A stretch of DNA of 64,000 nt from an uncultured delta proteobacterium (GCA_963814585.1 CAWFDF010000010.1:64001-128000), one strand, 5' to 3'. Shown: positions 7,664-19,102, counted from the first letter of the stretch. Program-made: numbers and translations. The notes: a model not told the origin generated them from the sequence alone.

Positions 7664-9385
7664 GTGGCCGACTCGATCCACGCCATCGCCGAGCTGGACG
7701 GTTCGCCGTTCGGGCCGCTCGCCTTCGGCGCGCCGCGCCGGGTGATCGAGGCCCGGGCCCTGGCCGAGGTGCGCCCGGCCCTGCGGGAGGTCGACGCGGC
7801 GGCGCGCGCCGGGAGCTGGGCGGCCGGGTACGTGGCCTACGAGGCGGCACCGGCCTTCGACCCGGCGCTCACGGTCCGTGAGGCGGGGCCCGGACCGCTC
7901 TGCTGGTTCGGGATCCACGACGCCCCGCTCGGACCGCCGCCGCCCGGGCCGTGGGAGGCCCGGCTCCTCGACCTCGAGCCGGAGCTCGACGCGGCCTCCC
8001 ACGCCGGGTCGGTGGAGCGGCTTCGCGAGGCCTTCGCCGCCGGCACCGCCTACCAGGCCAACCTCACGCTCCGCTTCACCGGCCGGCTCGAGGGTGACCC
8101 GCTGGCGCTCTACCGCCGGCTGCGCGCCGCGCAGGGCGGTGGGCAGACCGTCTACCTGCGCTCCGGCGAGCGGGTCCTGGTGTCGGCCTCCCCCGAGCTC
8201 TTCCTGGGACGACATGGCTCGCGCCTGGTGACTCGGCCCATGAAGGGGACGGCCCGGCGCGGCCGCTGGGCCGAGGAGGACGAGGCGGTGGCCCGGTCGC
8301 TGGCCGCCTCGCCCAAGGAGCGGGCCGAGAACGTGATGATCGCCGACCTGATGCGGAACGACCTCGGCCGGGTCGCCGAGCTCGGCTCGGTCCGCGCCGC
8401 CGCGCTCTTCGAGCCGGAGCGGTACCGGACGGTCTGGCAGCTCACCACCACGGTCGAGGCCCGCCTCGACCCCGAGGTGACCCTGGACGCGCTCTTCGCG
8501 GCCGCCTTCCCGTGCGGCTCGGTGACCGGTGCGCCCAAGGCCAGCGCCATGAGGCTGATCGCCGCCGAGGAGCGGTCACCGCGCGGTGCCTACTGCGGCG
8601 CCGCGGGCGTGGTGGCTCCCGGCGGCGACTGCGCCTTCAACGTGGCCATCCGGACCGCCGAGGTGACGCTGGCGTCCGGCGCGGTCCGCTACGGCGCCGG
8701 CGGCGGCATCACCATCGGCTCGTCGCCGGCCGCCGAGTGGGACGAGCTGCTGGCCAAGGCGGCCGTGCTCGATCTCGATCCGGAGCGCCCGACCCTGCTG
8801 GAGACCATGCGGCTGGAGGGCGGTCGGGTGGCGCTGCTCGACCTCCACCTGGCCCGGCTCCAGGGCTCGGCCCGCTACCACGGCACGCCGCTCGACCTCC
8901 CCGCCGTCCGCGCCCTGGTGGAGCGGGAGCGGGGGGAGGGGCGGTTGCGGCTGCTGCTCCCGCCCGGTGGCGCGGCCCGCCTGGAGCGGGGTCCGCTGCC
9001 GCCGCCGCCGGAGGGGCCGGTCCGGGTGGCGATCTCGCCCGAACGGATCGCCTCGGGCGACCCGGCCCGCTTCCACAAGACCACGGCACGCGGGTTCTAC
9101 GAGTCACGGCGGGCCGCCCGCCCGGACTGCTTCGACGTGCTGCTGGTGAACGAGGCCGGCGCCCCGGCCGAGGGCACCATCGCCAACCTGGTGGTGGAGC
9201 TGGAGGGGTCCCGGGTGACCCCGCCGCTGGAGACGGGGCTCCTGCCGGGCGTCTTCAGGGCCGGGCTGCTGGCCACCGGACGGGTCCGGGAGCGGCCGCT
9301 GGCCATGCCGGAGCTGCGCTCGGCGCGCCGGATCTGGCTGGTCAACGCGCTGAGGGGCTGGCTCGAAGTCAGACTGGTGGACTAG
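7664..9385 (+). CDS. pabB: Aminodeoxychorismate synthase component I fused to an aminotransferase class IV (ADC lyase) domain
   Basis: YQANLT, SASPELF, TRPMKGT, KERAENVMIADLMRNDLGR, FPCGSVTGAPK, FNVAIRT, followed by LLETMRL...HKTT...EGTIAN...GLLPGVFR (PabC-like). Confidence 0.9.
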   Translation: MADSIHAIAELDGSPFGPLAFGAPRRVIEARALAEVRPALREVDAAARAGSWAAGYVAYEAAPAFDPALTVREAGPGPLCWFGIHDAPLGPPPPGPWEARLLDLEPELDAASHAGSVERLREAFAAGTAYQANLTLRFTGRLEGDPLALYRRLRAAQGGGQTVYLRSGERVLVSASPELFLGRHGSRLVTRPMKGTARRGRWAEEDEAVARSLAASPKERAENVMIADLMRNDLGRVAELGSVRAAALFEPERYRTVWQLTTTVEARLDPEVTLDALFAAAFPCGSVTGAPKASAMRLIAAEERSPRGAYCGAAGVVAPGGDCAFNVAIRTAEVTLASGAVRYGAGGGITIGSSPAAEWDELLAKAAVLDLDPERPTLLETMRLEGGRVALLDLHLARLQGSARYHGTPLDLPAVRALVERERGEGRLRLLLPPGGAARLERGPLPPPPEGPVRVAISPERIASGDPARFHKTTARGFYESRRAARPDCFDVLLVNEAGAPAEGTIANLVVELEGSRVTPPLETGLLPGVFRAGLLATGRVRERPLAMPELRSARRIWLVNALRGWLEVRLVD

Positions 9386-9452
9386 GATCCCATCGGATGC
9401 CGGGTAAGCCAGGGACGTCACATCGGGCCTCCCGGGAGATCAAACTGGCAGG

Positions 9453-9782
9453 ATGCCCGTGACGCCGACCCGACCCCCATTGCCAACGTCCGCGACGGAC
9501 CAGAGGCGCTGGATCCCCATCCAGGCGCTGCGGCAGTCGGCCTATCGCCAGCTGGGGGACATCGCCGCCGCGGTGGGGCGTGACTCGCGCCTGGCCCGGC
9601 GCTGCCGGGAGGCCTGGGCCGGCTGGGAGCGGGAGGCGGTGGTCTCCATCCTCCACGGCGACTTCGCCAACGCCGAGGTGGTCCTCGATCGCGGCGTGCA
9701 CGCCCTCAGCCACGCCCTCGAGCTGGTCCGGACCGACCGGCTCTCCGAGGACGAGGTGGTGAGCCTGATCACCGCGGCCTGA
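9453..9782 (+). CDS. Hypothetical protein (109 aa)
   Basis: Only ORF here with GC3-rich codon usage; fills the gap; no motif recognised. Confidence 0.55.
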   Translation: MPVTPTRPPLPTSATDQRRWIPIQALRQSAYRQLGDIAAAVGRDSRLARRCREAWAGWEREAVVSILHGDFANAEVVLDRGVHALSHALELVRTDRLSEDEVVSLITAA

Positions 9783-9947
9783 CAGTCGCGATCGCGCCGC
9801 CAGCGGCGATCCGTCCACAGCCTGGAAGCCTCACCCGGACCGCCGCGACGGCGGCGCCACCGGCGAATCGACCAATGCCTGGAAGCCTCACCCAGCCCGC
9901 TGCGGCGAACGAGGCCGGGCCGCGAGCGGGGATCAGGGGGAGCCGCC

Positions 9948-10283
9948 CTACTCCGAGCGGAAGGTCTTGACGCCCAGCAGCCACTCCACCAGCCAGCTCA
10001 GGAACACCATGCCGAGCGCCAGCAGGCCGGCCTGCACGAAGCCGAGCCCGTAGGTGCTCATCACCGTGCCCAGCCAGACCAGCGCGTAGAGCAGCCAGGG
10101 CAGGAGCAGGAACCAGAGGAACTTGGCCAGCGTCAGGTAGTAGGCGATCGAGAGGATCACCGAGATGAGCACGGCGTGGCCGAAGGTGTTCTCCGGGTTC
10201 CCGGGCGACACCAGCCCCACCGCGGCCCAGAGCACCCCGGCGGAGACGACCCAGCGGACCACGAAGGCGGTCAGGCGGCGCAT
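9948..10283 (-). CDS. Small multi-pass membrane protein (phage-holin-4-like size and topology)
   Basis: 111 aa, almost entirely hydrophobic segments; start MRRLTAFVVRW at 10283. Confidence 0.65.
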   Translation of the reverse strand: MRRLTAFVVRWVVSAGVLWAAVGLVSPGNPENTFGHAVLISVILSIAYYLTLAKFLWFLLLPWLLYALVWLGTVMSTYGLGFVQAGLLALGMVFLSWLVEWLLGVKTFRSE

Positions 10284-10372
10284 GACCCGATGATGGCACA
10301 CGGCGGTCCCGGCCGGGAGCACCAGGTGGGCCGGGTGGGAAAGTGGGGTCGAGGGGAGCATAAGATGACCGG

Positions 10373-11467
10373 ATGAGCGCCGCGCCGCCCCGCCCCGCCA
10401 GCCCGCCGGTCACCGAGGCGCTGGTCCTCGCCCTCCCCAAGACCGACCTGCACTGCCACCTGGACGGCTCGCTCCGGCTCGGCACCATCCTCGACCTGGC
10501 CGAGCGGCAGGGCGTCCGCCTCCCGGCCGGGACGCCGGAGGGGCTGGCCGCCGCCATCCACCAGGGTCAGGTCTGCCGCTCGCTGGAGGACTACCTCACC
10601 GCCTTCGACGTGACGCTGGCCGTGCTCCAGACCGAGGAGGCGCTGCAGCGGGTGGCCTACGAGCTGGCGCTCGACTGCGCCGCCGAGAACGTCCGCTACC
10701 TCGAGGTGCGCTACTCGCCGGTGCTCCACACCCGCGAGGGCCTGAAGCCGACCGCCATCGTCGACGCCGTGCTGGACGGCCTGCGGCGGGCACGGCGGGA
10801 GTCCGGCGTCCGCTCCCACGTGATCATCTGCGGCATCCGCCACATGGACCCGGCCACCTCGGTGCGGCTGGCCGAGCTGGCGGTGGCCTACAAGGGGAAG
10901 GGCGTGGTCGGCTTCGACCTGGCCGGGGCCGAGGAGGGAAACCCGCCCAAGGACCACCGCGAGGCGCTCCAGCTCATCCTCGACAACAACGTCAACCTCA
11001 CCATCCACGCCGGCGAGGCCTACGGGCCGGAGTCGATCGCCCAGGCGGTCCACGTCTGCGGCGCCCACCGGATCGGGCACGGCGTGCGCCTGCGCGAGAA
11101 CGGCGACCTGCTCAACTACGTCAACGACCACCGCATCCCGCTGGAGATGTGCATTTCCTCGAACCTCCAGACCGGCTCGGTGGCCGGCCTCTCCGCCCAC
11201 CCGCTCAAGTTCTACTTCGACTTCGGGCTGCGGGTGTCGGTCAACACCGACAACCGGCTCATCACCGACACCACCTGCACCCGCGAGCTGATGCTGGCCA
11301 ACCGCGAGCTGGGGTTCACGCTCGACGACCTCTGCACCCTGACGGTGCAGGGATTCAAGAGCGCCTTCCTGCCGTTCCGCGAGAAGGCCGAGCTGCTGGC
11401 GGAGGTGAACCGGGAGATCGCCGAGGTGCGGGCCCGCTTCGCGGCGCCACCCGGAGCCGCCCGGTGA
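10373..11467 (+). CDS. add: Adenosine deaminase
   Basis: LPKTDLHCHLDGS, YLEVRYSP, GFDLAGAE, TIHAGE, RIGHGV, EMCISSN, VNTDN motifs. Confidence 0.92.
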   Translation: MSAAPPRPASPPVTEALVLALPKTDLHCHLDGSLRLGTILDLAERQGVRLPAGTPEGLAAAIHQGQVCRSLEDYLTAFDVTLAVLQTEEALQRVAYELALDCAAENVRYLEVRYSPVLHTREGLKPTAIVDAVLDGLRRARRESGVRSHVIICGIRHMDPATSVRLAELAVAYKGKGVVGFDLAGAEEGNPPKDHREALQLILDNNVNLTIHAGEAYGPESIAQAVHVCGAHRIGHGVRLRENGDLLNYVNDHRIPLEMCISSNLQTGSVAGLSAHPLKFYFDFGLRVSVNTDNRLITDTTCTRELMLANRELGFTLDDLCTLTVQGFKSAFLPFREKAELLAEVNREIAEVRARFAAPPGAAR

Positions 11468-11967
11468 GCGCGCGGACCCGCTTCCGGGCGCCGTTCGGCT
11501 GGCTCACCATCGAGGCCACCGACCAGGGCGTCTTCGGCATCGCCTTCGGTGAGCGCGGGGCGACCGGTCCGGCGGTCTCCACGCTGGCGCGCGGCCACCT
11601 CGAGACGGCGCGGGCGGCGCTGGCCGACTACTTCGCCGGCCGGGCCCCCCAGCTCCCGGCCCTCGACCTGCACGGCAGCCCGTTCCAGCTCACCGTCTGG
11701 CGCGCCCTGACGGGCATCCCCTTCGGTGAGCAGCGCACCTACGGCGAGCTGGCCGCGTCGATCGGCCAGCCGGGTGCCGCCCGGGCGGTGGGGGCGGCCA
11801 ATGCCCGGAACCCGGTCGCCATCCTGGTGCCATGCCACCGGGTGGTGGCAGCGGGGGGCCGGCTGGGCGGCTACTCCGGCGGCCTGGACGTGAAGCGCTG
11901 GCTGCTCGCCCACGAGGCGGCGCACGGGCCGCTGCTCCGGCCAAGTGCAGCGCCCCAGGCAAGGTGA
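11464..11967 (+). CDS. ogt: Methylated-DNA--protein-cysteine methyltransferase
   Basis: GSPFQLTVW, TYGELA, ARAVGAANARNP, active site PCHRV, GGYSGGLDVKRWLL; GTGA overlap with the add stop codon. Confidence 0.92.
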   Translation: MSARTRFRAPFGWLTIEATDQGVFGIAFGERGATGPAVSTLARGHLETARAALADYFAGRAPQLPALDLHGSPFQLTVWRALTGIPFGEQRTYGELAASIGQPGAARAVGAANARNPVAILVPCHRVVAAGGRLGGYSGGLDVKRWLLAHEAAHGPLLRPSAAPQAR

Positions 11968-12058
11968 CGTGACGAGAGAGCCGACGCCCTTGCGAGGCCG
12001 CCTGCCGCAGCGAGAGGATCGGCCCTCGCAGGAGGCATCTTGCCTGGGGCGCGGCACT
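11944..12058. mobile_element. 115-bp MITE/REPIN-like hairpin element
   Basis: 23-bp terminal inverted repeats AGTGCAGCGCCCCAGGCAAGGTG / CATCTTGCCTGGGGCGCGGCACT (2 mismatches); inner GAGAGCCGA/TCGGCCCTC stem; half copy at 33125-33178. Confidence 0.72.
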
Positions 12059-12186
12059 GATGCCCCGGGCCGGGCCCCGGTCCGGTGATCCGGCGCGCTC
12101 CGCCGCAGGCCCAATCACGCCACGAACCTTGCCGGACTCCGCGCCCGGCCCTAAGTTCGAGGCAGCCCACGAGGAGGAGTACCGGC

Positions 12187-13425
12187 ATGGCGAAGCTCCT
12201 GGCGATGATCCTGGCAGGCGGAGAGGGGCGGCGGCTCGATCCGCTCACCCGCGACCGGGCCAAGCCCGCGGTCCCCTTCGGCGGCCGCTACCGCATCATC
12301 GACTTCGTCCTCTCCAACTTCGCCAACTCCGGCATCCTCAAGGTGAAGGTGCTGGTGCAGTACAAGTCGGAGTCGCTCAACACCCACGTGCAGCGGGCCT
12401 GGCGCCTCTCCGCCTTCCTCAACCAGTACGTCGAGATCGTCCCGGCGCAGATGCGGTACGGCCCGAAGTGGTTCGAGGGCTCCGCCGACGCCATCTACCA
12501 GAACCTCAACATCATCACCGACGAGGAGCCCGAGTACACCTTCGTCTTCGGGGCCGACAACATCTACCGCATGGACGTGCGCCAGATGCTCGACTTCCAC
12601 ACCGACAGGAAGGCCGACCTCACGGTGGCGGCCATCCCGGTGCCGCTGGCGGAGGCCGGGGACTTCGGCATCATCGAGGTCGACGGCGAAGGGCGGATGA
12701 TCGGCTTCGTCGAGAAGCCCAAGAGCGACCCCAAGACCATCCCCGGCGATCCCACCCGCTGCCTGGCCTCGATGGGGAACTACCTCTTCACCACCAAGGA
12801 GCTGGTGCAGGAGATCGTCAACGACGCCAGCGACGCGCAGAGCGCCCACGACTTCGGCAAGTCGATCGTGACCGGGATGTACCGGCGCAAGAACGTCTTC
12901 GTCTACAACTTCGCCACCAACGAGGTCCCGGGCCAGACCGAGCGGGAGCGCGGGTACTGGCGCGACGTCGGCAACCTCGACGCCTACTTCCAGGCCAACA
13001 TGGACCTGGTCGAGGTCAACCCCATCTTCTCCCTCTACAACGATCGCTGGCCCATCTACACGCACCACGCCAACGCGCCGCCGGCCAAGTTCGTCTTCAA
13101 CAACGCGGCCGAGGGGCGGGTCGGAAAGGCCACCGACTCGCTCATCTCCGAGGGGTGCATCATCTCCGGCACCTCGGTCCACCACTCGATCCTCTCCCCC
13201 AGCGTCCGGCTCAACAGCTACTCGACGCTGGAGGACTGCATCATCTTCGAGAAGGTGACCATCGCGCGGCACTGCAAGATCCGCCGCGCCATCATCGACA
13301 AGCACGTCGAGATCCCGGCCGGCACGGTCATCGGCTACGACGTCGAGGCCGATCGGCGCCGCTTCCACGTCACCGACAGCGGCATCGTGGTCATCCCCAA
13401 GGGGATGCGGGTCGAGCCGGGGTGA
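12187..13425 (+). CDS. glgC: Glucose-1-phosphate adenylyltransferase
   Basis: [77 protein letters not shown]. Confidence 0.96.
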   Translation: MAKLLAMILAGGEGRRLDPLTRDRAKPAVPFGGRYRIIDFVLSNFANSGILKVKVLVQYKSESLNTHVQRAWRLSAFLNQYVEIVPAQMRYGPKWFEGSADAIYQNLNIITDEEPEYTFVFGADNIYRMDVRQMLDFHTDRKADLTVAAIPVPLAEAGDFGIIEVDGEGRMIGFVEKPKSDPKTIPGDPTRCLASMGNYLFTTKELVQEIVNDASDAQSAHDFGKSIVTGMYRRKNVFVYNFATNEVPGQTERERGYWRDVGNLDAYFQANMDLVEVNPIFSLYNDRWPIYTHHANAPPAKFVFNNAAEGRVGKATDSLISEGCIISGTSVHHSILSPSVRLNSYSTLEDCIIFEKVTIARHCKIRRAIIDKHVEIPAGTVIGYDVEADRRRFHVTDSGIVVIPKGMRVEPG

Positions 13426-13434
13426 GGCGCGGCG

Positions 13435-15975
13435 TCAGGCACTCCAGTACCAGCTCCACTTGACCAGCACGGTGTCGACGGCCGGCCCCCCGGACAGGCC
13501 GGGCGGCCAGAGCTCCGTGGCCCGATCCGACGGGCCGGTCGATTCGTGGGTGTAGACGAGGTAGAGCGTCGAGCCGAGCTGGTACTCCCAGCGGAACACC
13601 ACGCTCAGGTTGAGCGCGGCATCCTGGAAGTCGGCGCCGGCGGGCGGCCCACCGACCGGGACCAGGTCGGCGTAGCCGATGACCTGGCCCGGCTGTCCGG
13701 TCGCGGTGTAGGTGCTCCCGTAGGTGCCGTAGTCGGTGAAGACCTGCGCGTAGGCCTGCAGCGTGAGGCGCGGCGTCAGCACCACCATCTGCCGCAGCGT
13801 CGCCGAGGCCGAAGGCGCCCGCAGCGCCGCCAGCGTGAAGTGGCCGGCGCCGTCGTCGGAGACGAAGCGGGCCGGCCAGGCGGAGTCGTCGTACCCGAGG
13901 TCGAGCCGGGTCTCGAAGCGGGCGTGCGGGCGCAGCACCAGCGTCATCCCCACGCCCCAGTAGGACGTGGCCGGCAATGGACCGCGGGCCAGGGACTGGC
14001 CGGCGCCGATCCCGCCCTCGACCCAGACCACCCGCCCCCGGTCGGTCGACAGCCAGGCCTCGCCGCCCCAGCTGCCGGGGCGCCGCAGCGCCACGCCCGA
14101 CTGCTCCAGCTCGCGCACGTCATCGGCGTCGGCCGAGGCGTTCAGGTTCACCCCGAAGTAGTCGAAGGTGCGGAACTGGAACTCGGTGGCCAGGAAGGCC
14201 GTCGCCCCGCGCCGCCTCAGGTTGCCGTCGGTGGTGTAGCGCGCCTCGGCGCCCAGGTGGAGGCCGAAGGACTGGAAGAGGCCGCCCCCGGCGGGCCGGA
14301 CGTAGCGCAGCACGGCCCGCCCCAGCTGCTCGTTCTGGGTGCGCTGGTAGCCGAGGGCGTTCAGGTCGAGCCGCGGGGCCTCGTAGTCGTAGGACACGTC
14401 GAACCGCCACGGCTCGCCGCCCTCGAGGCCGGCCGCCACGAAGCCGCCGGCACCGAGATCGCCCCTCCGCAGCACGGTGCCGTCGGCCAGGACCTCGGCC
14501 GGTGGCCCCCCCAGCCGCTGCGAGCCGGTCAGCTGGCCGCGCACGAACCAGGCCAGGTCGTCGCTGCGCAGGTTCCAGCTGACCGCCGCCGCGTTCCCCA
14601 GCGCCACGTCGCAGTGGGCCGGGCGCTGGCCGTCGGGGAGCGCGGCCTCGTCCGGGCTGCAGTGGCCGTCGAGCGGCGTGGCGCTGGTGAGCTCGGCGCC
14701 GAGCGCCGAGGTCGCCGTGGGCTGCCAGCGGGCCGTGGCGGCGAGGAAGTTGCGCCGCGCCGGGGCCACCTCGGGGTAGGCGTCGCCCGGCGCGACGTAG
14801 AGCGGCGACCAGGGCGACCAGTGGAGCTTCCGGGTGGGCGGCACCGGGGCCGCGCCGCCGGCCACCACCGCGTCGAGCAGGCCGATCTGGACGGAGTCGC
14901 TCAGCCGACCGGTCAGCTTGGCGGCGCCGAGGATGGGGGCGTCGAGCCCGACGCGGCGCGAGTAGAACAGCTGCTGCGGCGACTGGCGGTCGGCGGGCTT
15001 CACGCCCTGGAAGAGGTCGAGCCCCTGGGTGAAGAAGGGGCGCTTCTCCGGGAAGAAGAGCTCGAAGGTGGTGAGGTTCTGCTGGATGGTGTCGGCCTCC
15101 ACCTGCCCGAAGTCGGGGTTGACGGTGGCCTGCAGCGCCAGCCCGCGGCCCAGCGAGGCGCGCAGGTCGACGCCGACGTCGAGCGAGGGATCCATGAGTC
15201 GCGGCTGCGGCGCCGCGTCGCTGGCCGGCCGCCACTGCAGCCGGGTGGCGACGTAGGGGGCCACCGAGAACTCCTGCACCGGCTCCAGCCCGTTGAGGCC
15301 GGTCAGGTCGGCCAGCCGCGCCACGATGCCGCGGTCGCTCCGCTTGAGCGGGATGCTCACCAGCTCCTCGTGCGTCCGGGCGATGACGCGCCGGAGCCCC
15401 AGGCCCCAGACCTGGTCGCCGGCGGCCGAGAAGCGCAGGACAGAGAGCGGGATCATGAGCTCGGCGGTCCAGCCGGAGGCGTCGGCGGTGACGGCGGCGT
15501 CCCACACCGCGTCCCAGTCGCCGTTCGACTCGTCGTCGCCGAGGAGCAACCCGTCGGACTGCACGCCGGCGGCGTTGACCTCGAAGTAGGCGGCGGTCTG
15601 CCGATCGCGGTTGGAGTCGATGAACACGGCGATCGAGTCGGAGAAGGGGGCGGCGTCGCGCCGGCCGAGCGCCCGGGACAGCTGGCCGGGCTGGGAGTCC
15701 AGGCAGCGGACGCCGACGTAGATGGCCCGATCGTCGTGGAGCACCCGGACCTCGGTCCGCTCGCTGGGCGGCCGCCCCTCCTCCGGGACCAGCTGGACGA
15801 AGCCGTCGAAGGCCGTGGCGGTGGACCAGCTCTCCTCGACGAGCTTGCCGTCGATGGAGATGCGTCCGGCGGCCCGGCTGGCCCGGATGGGCTGGCCCGG
15901 GAGGTCGCCGCGCGCCGCACCTGGCGCGAGGAGCAGGGCCGCGATGGCCAGCGCGAGAGGGCGTGAAGAGGTCAC
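13435..15975 (-). CDS. CBM9-like N-terminal domain plus DUF5916 (probable outer-membrane barrel) protein
   Basis: Signal peptide, IDGKLVEESW, VNAAGVQSDG, WTAELMIPLSVLRF, TVNPDFGQVEAD, FFPEKRPFF, LFYSRRVG and aromatic C-terminus. Confidence 0.82.
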   Translation of the reverse strand: MTSSRPLALAIAALLLAPGAARGDLPGQPIRASRAAGRISIDGKLVEESWSTATAFDGFVQLVPEEGRPPSERTEVRVLHDDRAIYVGVRCLDSQPGQLSRALGRRDAAPFSDSIAVFIDSNRDRQTAAYFEVNAAGVQSDGLLLGDDESNGDWDAVWDAAVTADASGWTAELMIPLSVLRFSAAGDQVWGLGLRRVIARTHEELVSIPLKRSDRGIVARLADLTGLNGLEPVQEFSVAPYVATRLQWRPASDAAPQPRLMDPSLDVGVDLRASLGRGLALQATVNPDFGQVEADTIQQNLTTFELFFPEKRPFFTQGLDLFQGVKPADRQSPQQLFYSRRVGLDAPILGAAKLTGRLSDSVQIGLLDAVVAGGAAPVPPTRKLHWSPWSPLYVAPGDAYPEVAPARRNFLAATARWQPTATSALGAELTSATPLDGHCSPDEAALPDGQRPAHCDVALGNAAAVSWNLRSDDLAWFVRGQLTGSQRLGGPPAEVLADGTVLRRGDLGAGGFVAAGLEGGEPWRFDVSYDYEAPRLDLNALGYQRTQNEQLGRAVLRYVRPAGGGLFQSFGLHLGAEARYTTDGNLRRRGATAFLATEFQFRTFDYFGVNLNASADADDVRELEQSGVALRRPGSWGGEAWLSTDRGRVVWVEGGIGAGQSLARGPLPATSYWGVGMTLVLRPHARFETRLDLGYDDSAWPARFVSDDGAGHFTLAALRAPSASATLRQMVVLTPRLTLQAYAQVFTDYGTYGSTYTATGQPGQVIGYADLVPVGGPPAGADFQDAALNLSVVFRWEYQLGSTLYLVYTHESTGPSDRATELWPPGLSGGPAVDTVLVKWSWYWSA

Positions 15976-16103
15976 GGTGGTCGGATGATCCCACGAGAGA
16001 GGGGGGGCCGCAGGACCTGTCGGAGGCCCGATGCATGGAGGTCGATTTGGGCCAAACGTGACGTACGCCAGCGTCGCCACGGCGTTATCCTCCGGTCGAG
16101 CCC

Positions 16104-17033
16104 ATGGCCGACCTCCAGAACGAGTTCAGCTGGTCCAAGTCGAGGCACGACAAGTTCCGCGAGTGCCGGCGGGCCTACTTCAACGCCTACTACGGCAGCT
16201 GGGGCGGGTGGTCGGCACCGGCCGGCTCCCCGGTCCGCGAGCTCTACGTCCTCAAGAAGCTCTCCTCGCGCTGGCAGTGGGCCGGTTCGGTGGTCCACGA
16301 CGCCATCAAGCAGCTGCTGACCCGGGCCCGCGCCACCGGCGACTTCTGGCCGCTGGAGCGGCTGCTCGAGCAGACCCGCCAGAAGTCCCGGATCCAGTTC
16401 GGCGCCTCGCGCGACAAGAGCTACTGGCGCGAGCCCTCCCGGATCGTCGGGCTCACCGAGCACGAGTACGGCGAGCCGGTGGCCGACGCCGAGTGGAAGC
16501 GGCTCTACGAGGCCGTCATCGAGGGCTCGCTCCGCGCCTTCTTCCAGTCCGAGGTGCTGGAGGAGATCAAGCGCACTCCCCGCGACCGCTGGCTCGGTGT
16601 CGACGAGCTCGACCACTGGTTCTTCGAGGGGACCAAGATCTGGGTTGCGGTCGACTTCTCCTACCGGGACGCCGACGGTCGGGTCCACCTGCTCGACTGG
16701 AAGACCGGCAGGGAGCGCGGCGTCGACCACACCCAGGTGGCGAGCTACGCGCTCTACGCCCGGCAGAAGTGGGACGTGAAGCCGGACGGCGTGGTGGGTG
16801 GGCTGGTCTACCTGGTCCAGGACGACGGCCGCCCCGCCGAGCGGACCAGCGTGGCCGCCGACGGGCCGGCGCTGGACGCCTGCCAGGAGCTGATGCGCGG
16901 GTCCATCGCCGAGATGCGTGGCGTGCTCGCCGACCGGGAGCGGAACGGGGCTCGGGTCGAGGACTTCCCGCAGATCGAGGACCGGGAGCGCTGCAGCCGC
17001 TGCCCGTTCCGGCGCCCTTGCGGGCGGCTCTGA
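16104..17033 (+). CDS. PD-(D/E)XK nuclease, Cas4/AddB-like Fe-S staple type
   Basis: SWS...C near the N-terminus, GSVVH, 'VDF...LLDWKTG', QxxxY and C-terminal CSRCPFRRPC. Confidence 0.85.
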   Translation: MADLQNEFSWSKSRHDKFRECRRAYFNAYYGSWGGWSAPAGSPVRELYVLKKLSSRWQWAGSVVHDAIKQLLTRARATGDFWPLERLLEQTRQKSRIQFGASRDKSYWREPSRIVGLTEHEYGEPVADAEWKRLYEAVIEGSLRAFFQSEVLEEIKRTPRDRWLGVDELDHWFFEGTKIWVAVDFSYRDADGRVHLLDWKTGRERGVDHTQVASYALYARQKWDVKPDGVVGGLVYLVQDDGRPAERTSVAADGPALDACQELMRGSIAEMRGVLADRERNGARVEDFPQIEDRERCSRCPFRRPCGRL

Positions 17034-17036
17034 ACC

Positions 17037-18470
<1,434 letters not shown>

Positions 18471-18558
18471 TCACCGGGGTGACGCCGGCGGGAGGCCCAA
18501 CCGGGCCACGTCGAGGTCCGGTCAGGCCGGGTGCGCCCCGGCAAGGGCGCCTGGCCGA

Positions 18559-19068
18559 TCAGCCCGCCTTCCACATCCTCACCGCCGGCAGCGCCGCGCC
18601 CCCGGGCAGTGGCGACGTGACCGGCCGGCCCGGGCGCCAGCCTCGGGCGGCGTAGAAGGGGACGGCGCCTCGCGCCGCGACCACCGTGAGCCGCCGCGCC
18701 CCGCCGGCGCGCGCTCCCGCCTCGGCGCGGGCCAGCAGCTTCGCCCCCAGCCCGCGCCCCGCCCCGCCAGGTCGGACGAAGAGGGCGGTCACCTCGCCGC
18801 CGCGCCAGGCCGCGTAGCCGAGCAGCGCGGGCCCGCGCGCCGCCACCAGGTAGCGCTCCCCGCCGGCGGTCATGGCCCAGCGGTGGTAGAGCGCCGGCAG
18901 CGAGCCCCAGGCCGCCAGCAGCGCCGCCGGGTAGCGCCCCCGCTGGCCGCGCACCGCCGCCCGCATCACCCGGGCCAGGGCGGCCGCCTCGGCAGGCCGG
19001 GCCGGCCGGATCCTCACGGCGCCCGTCGCCGGGCCTCCGCCGCGGCGCCGCGACCGGGTCGGGCTCAC
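18559..19068 (-). CDS. GNAT family N-acetyltransferase (start may be GTG 19017)
   Basis: IRPARPAE, LFVRP..AGRGLGAKLL, AVPFYAARGW. Confidence 0.8.
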   Translation of the reverse strand: MSPTRSRRRGGGPATGAVRIRPARPAEAAALARVMRAAVRGQRGRYPAALLAAWGSLPALYHRWAMTAGGERYLVAARGPALLGYAAWRGGEVTALFVRPGGAGRGLGAKLLARAEAGARAGGARRLTVVAARGAVPFYAARGWRPGRPVTSPLPGGAALPAVRMWKAG

Positions 19069-19102
19069 GCGGCCCGGCCCGGCCGGCTGGCCGCCCCGCG
19101 CC

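Noticed and set aside
9425..9462. CCGGGAGATCAAACTGG...GATGCCCGT resembling the RAYT-flanking unit
   Set aside because: The match is short, gapped and in permuted order; not distinguishable from chance at this GC content.
16104..17033. Nuclease as evidence of a CRISPR-Cas locus
   Set aside because: No cas1, cas2, effector genes or array anywhere in the window.
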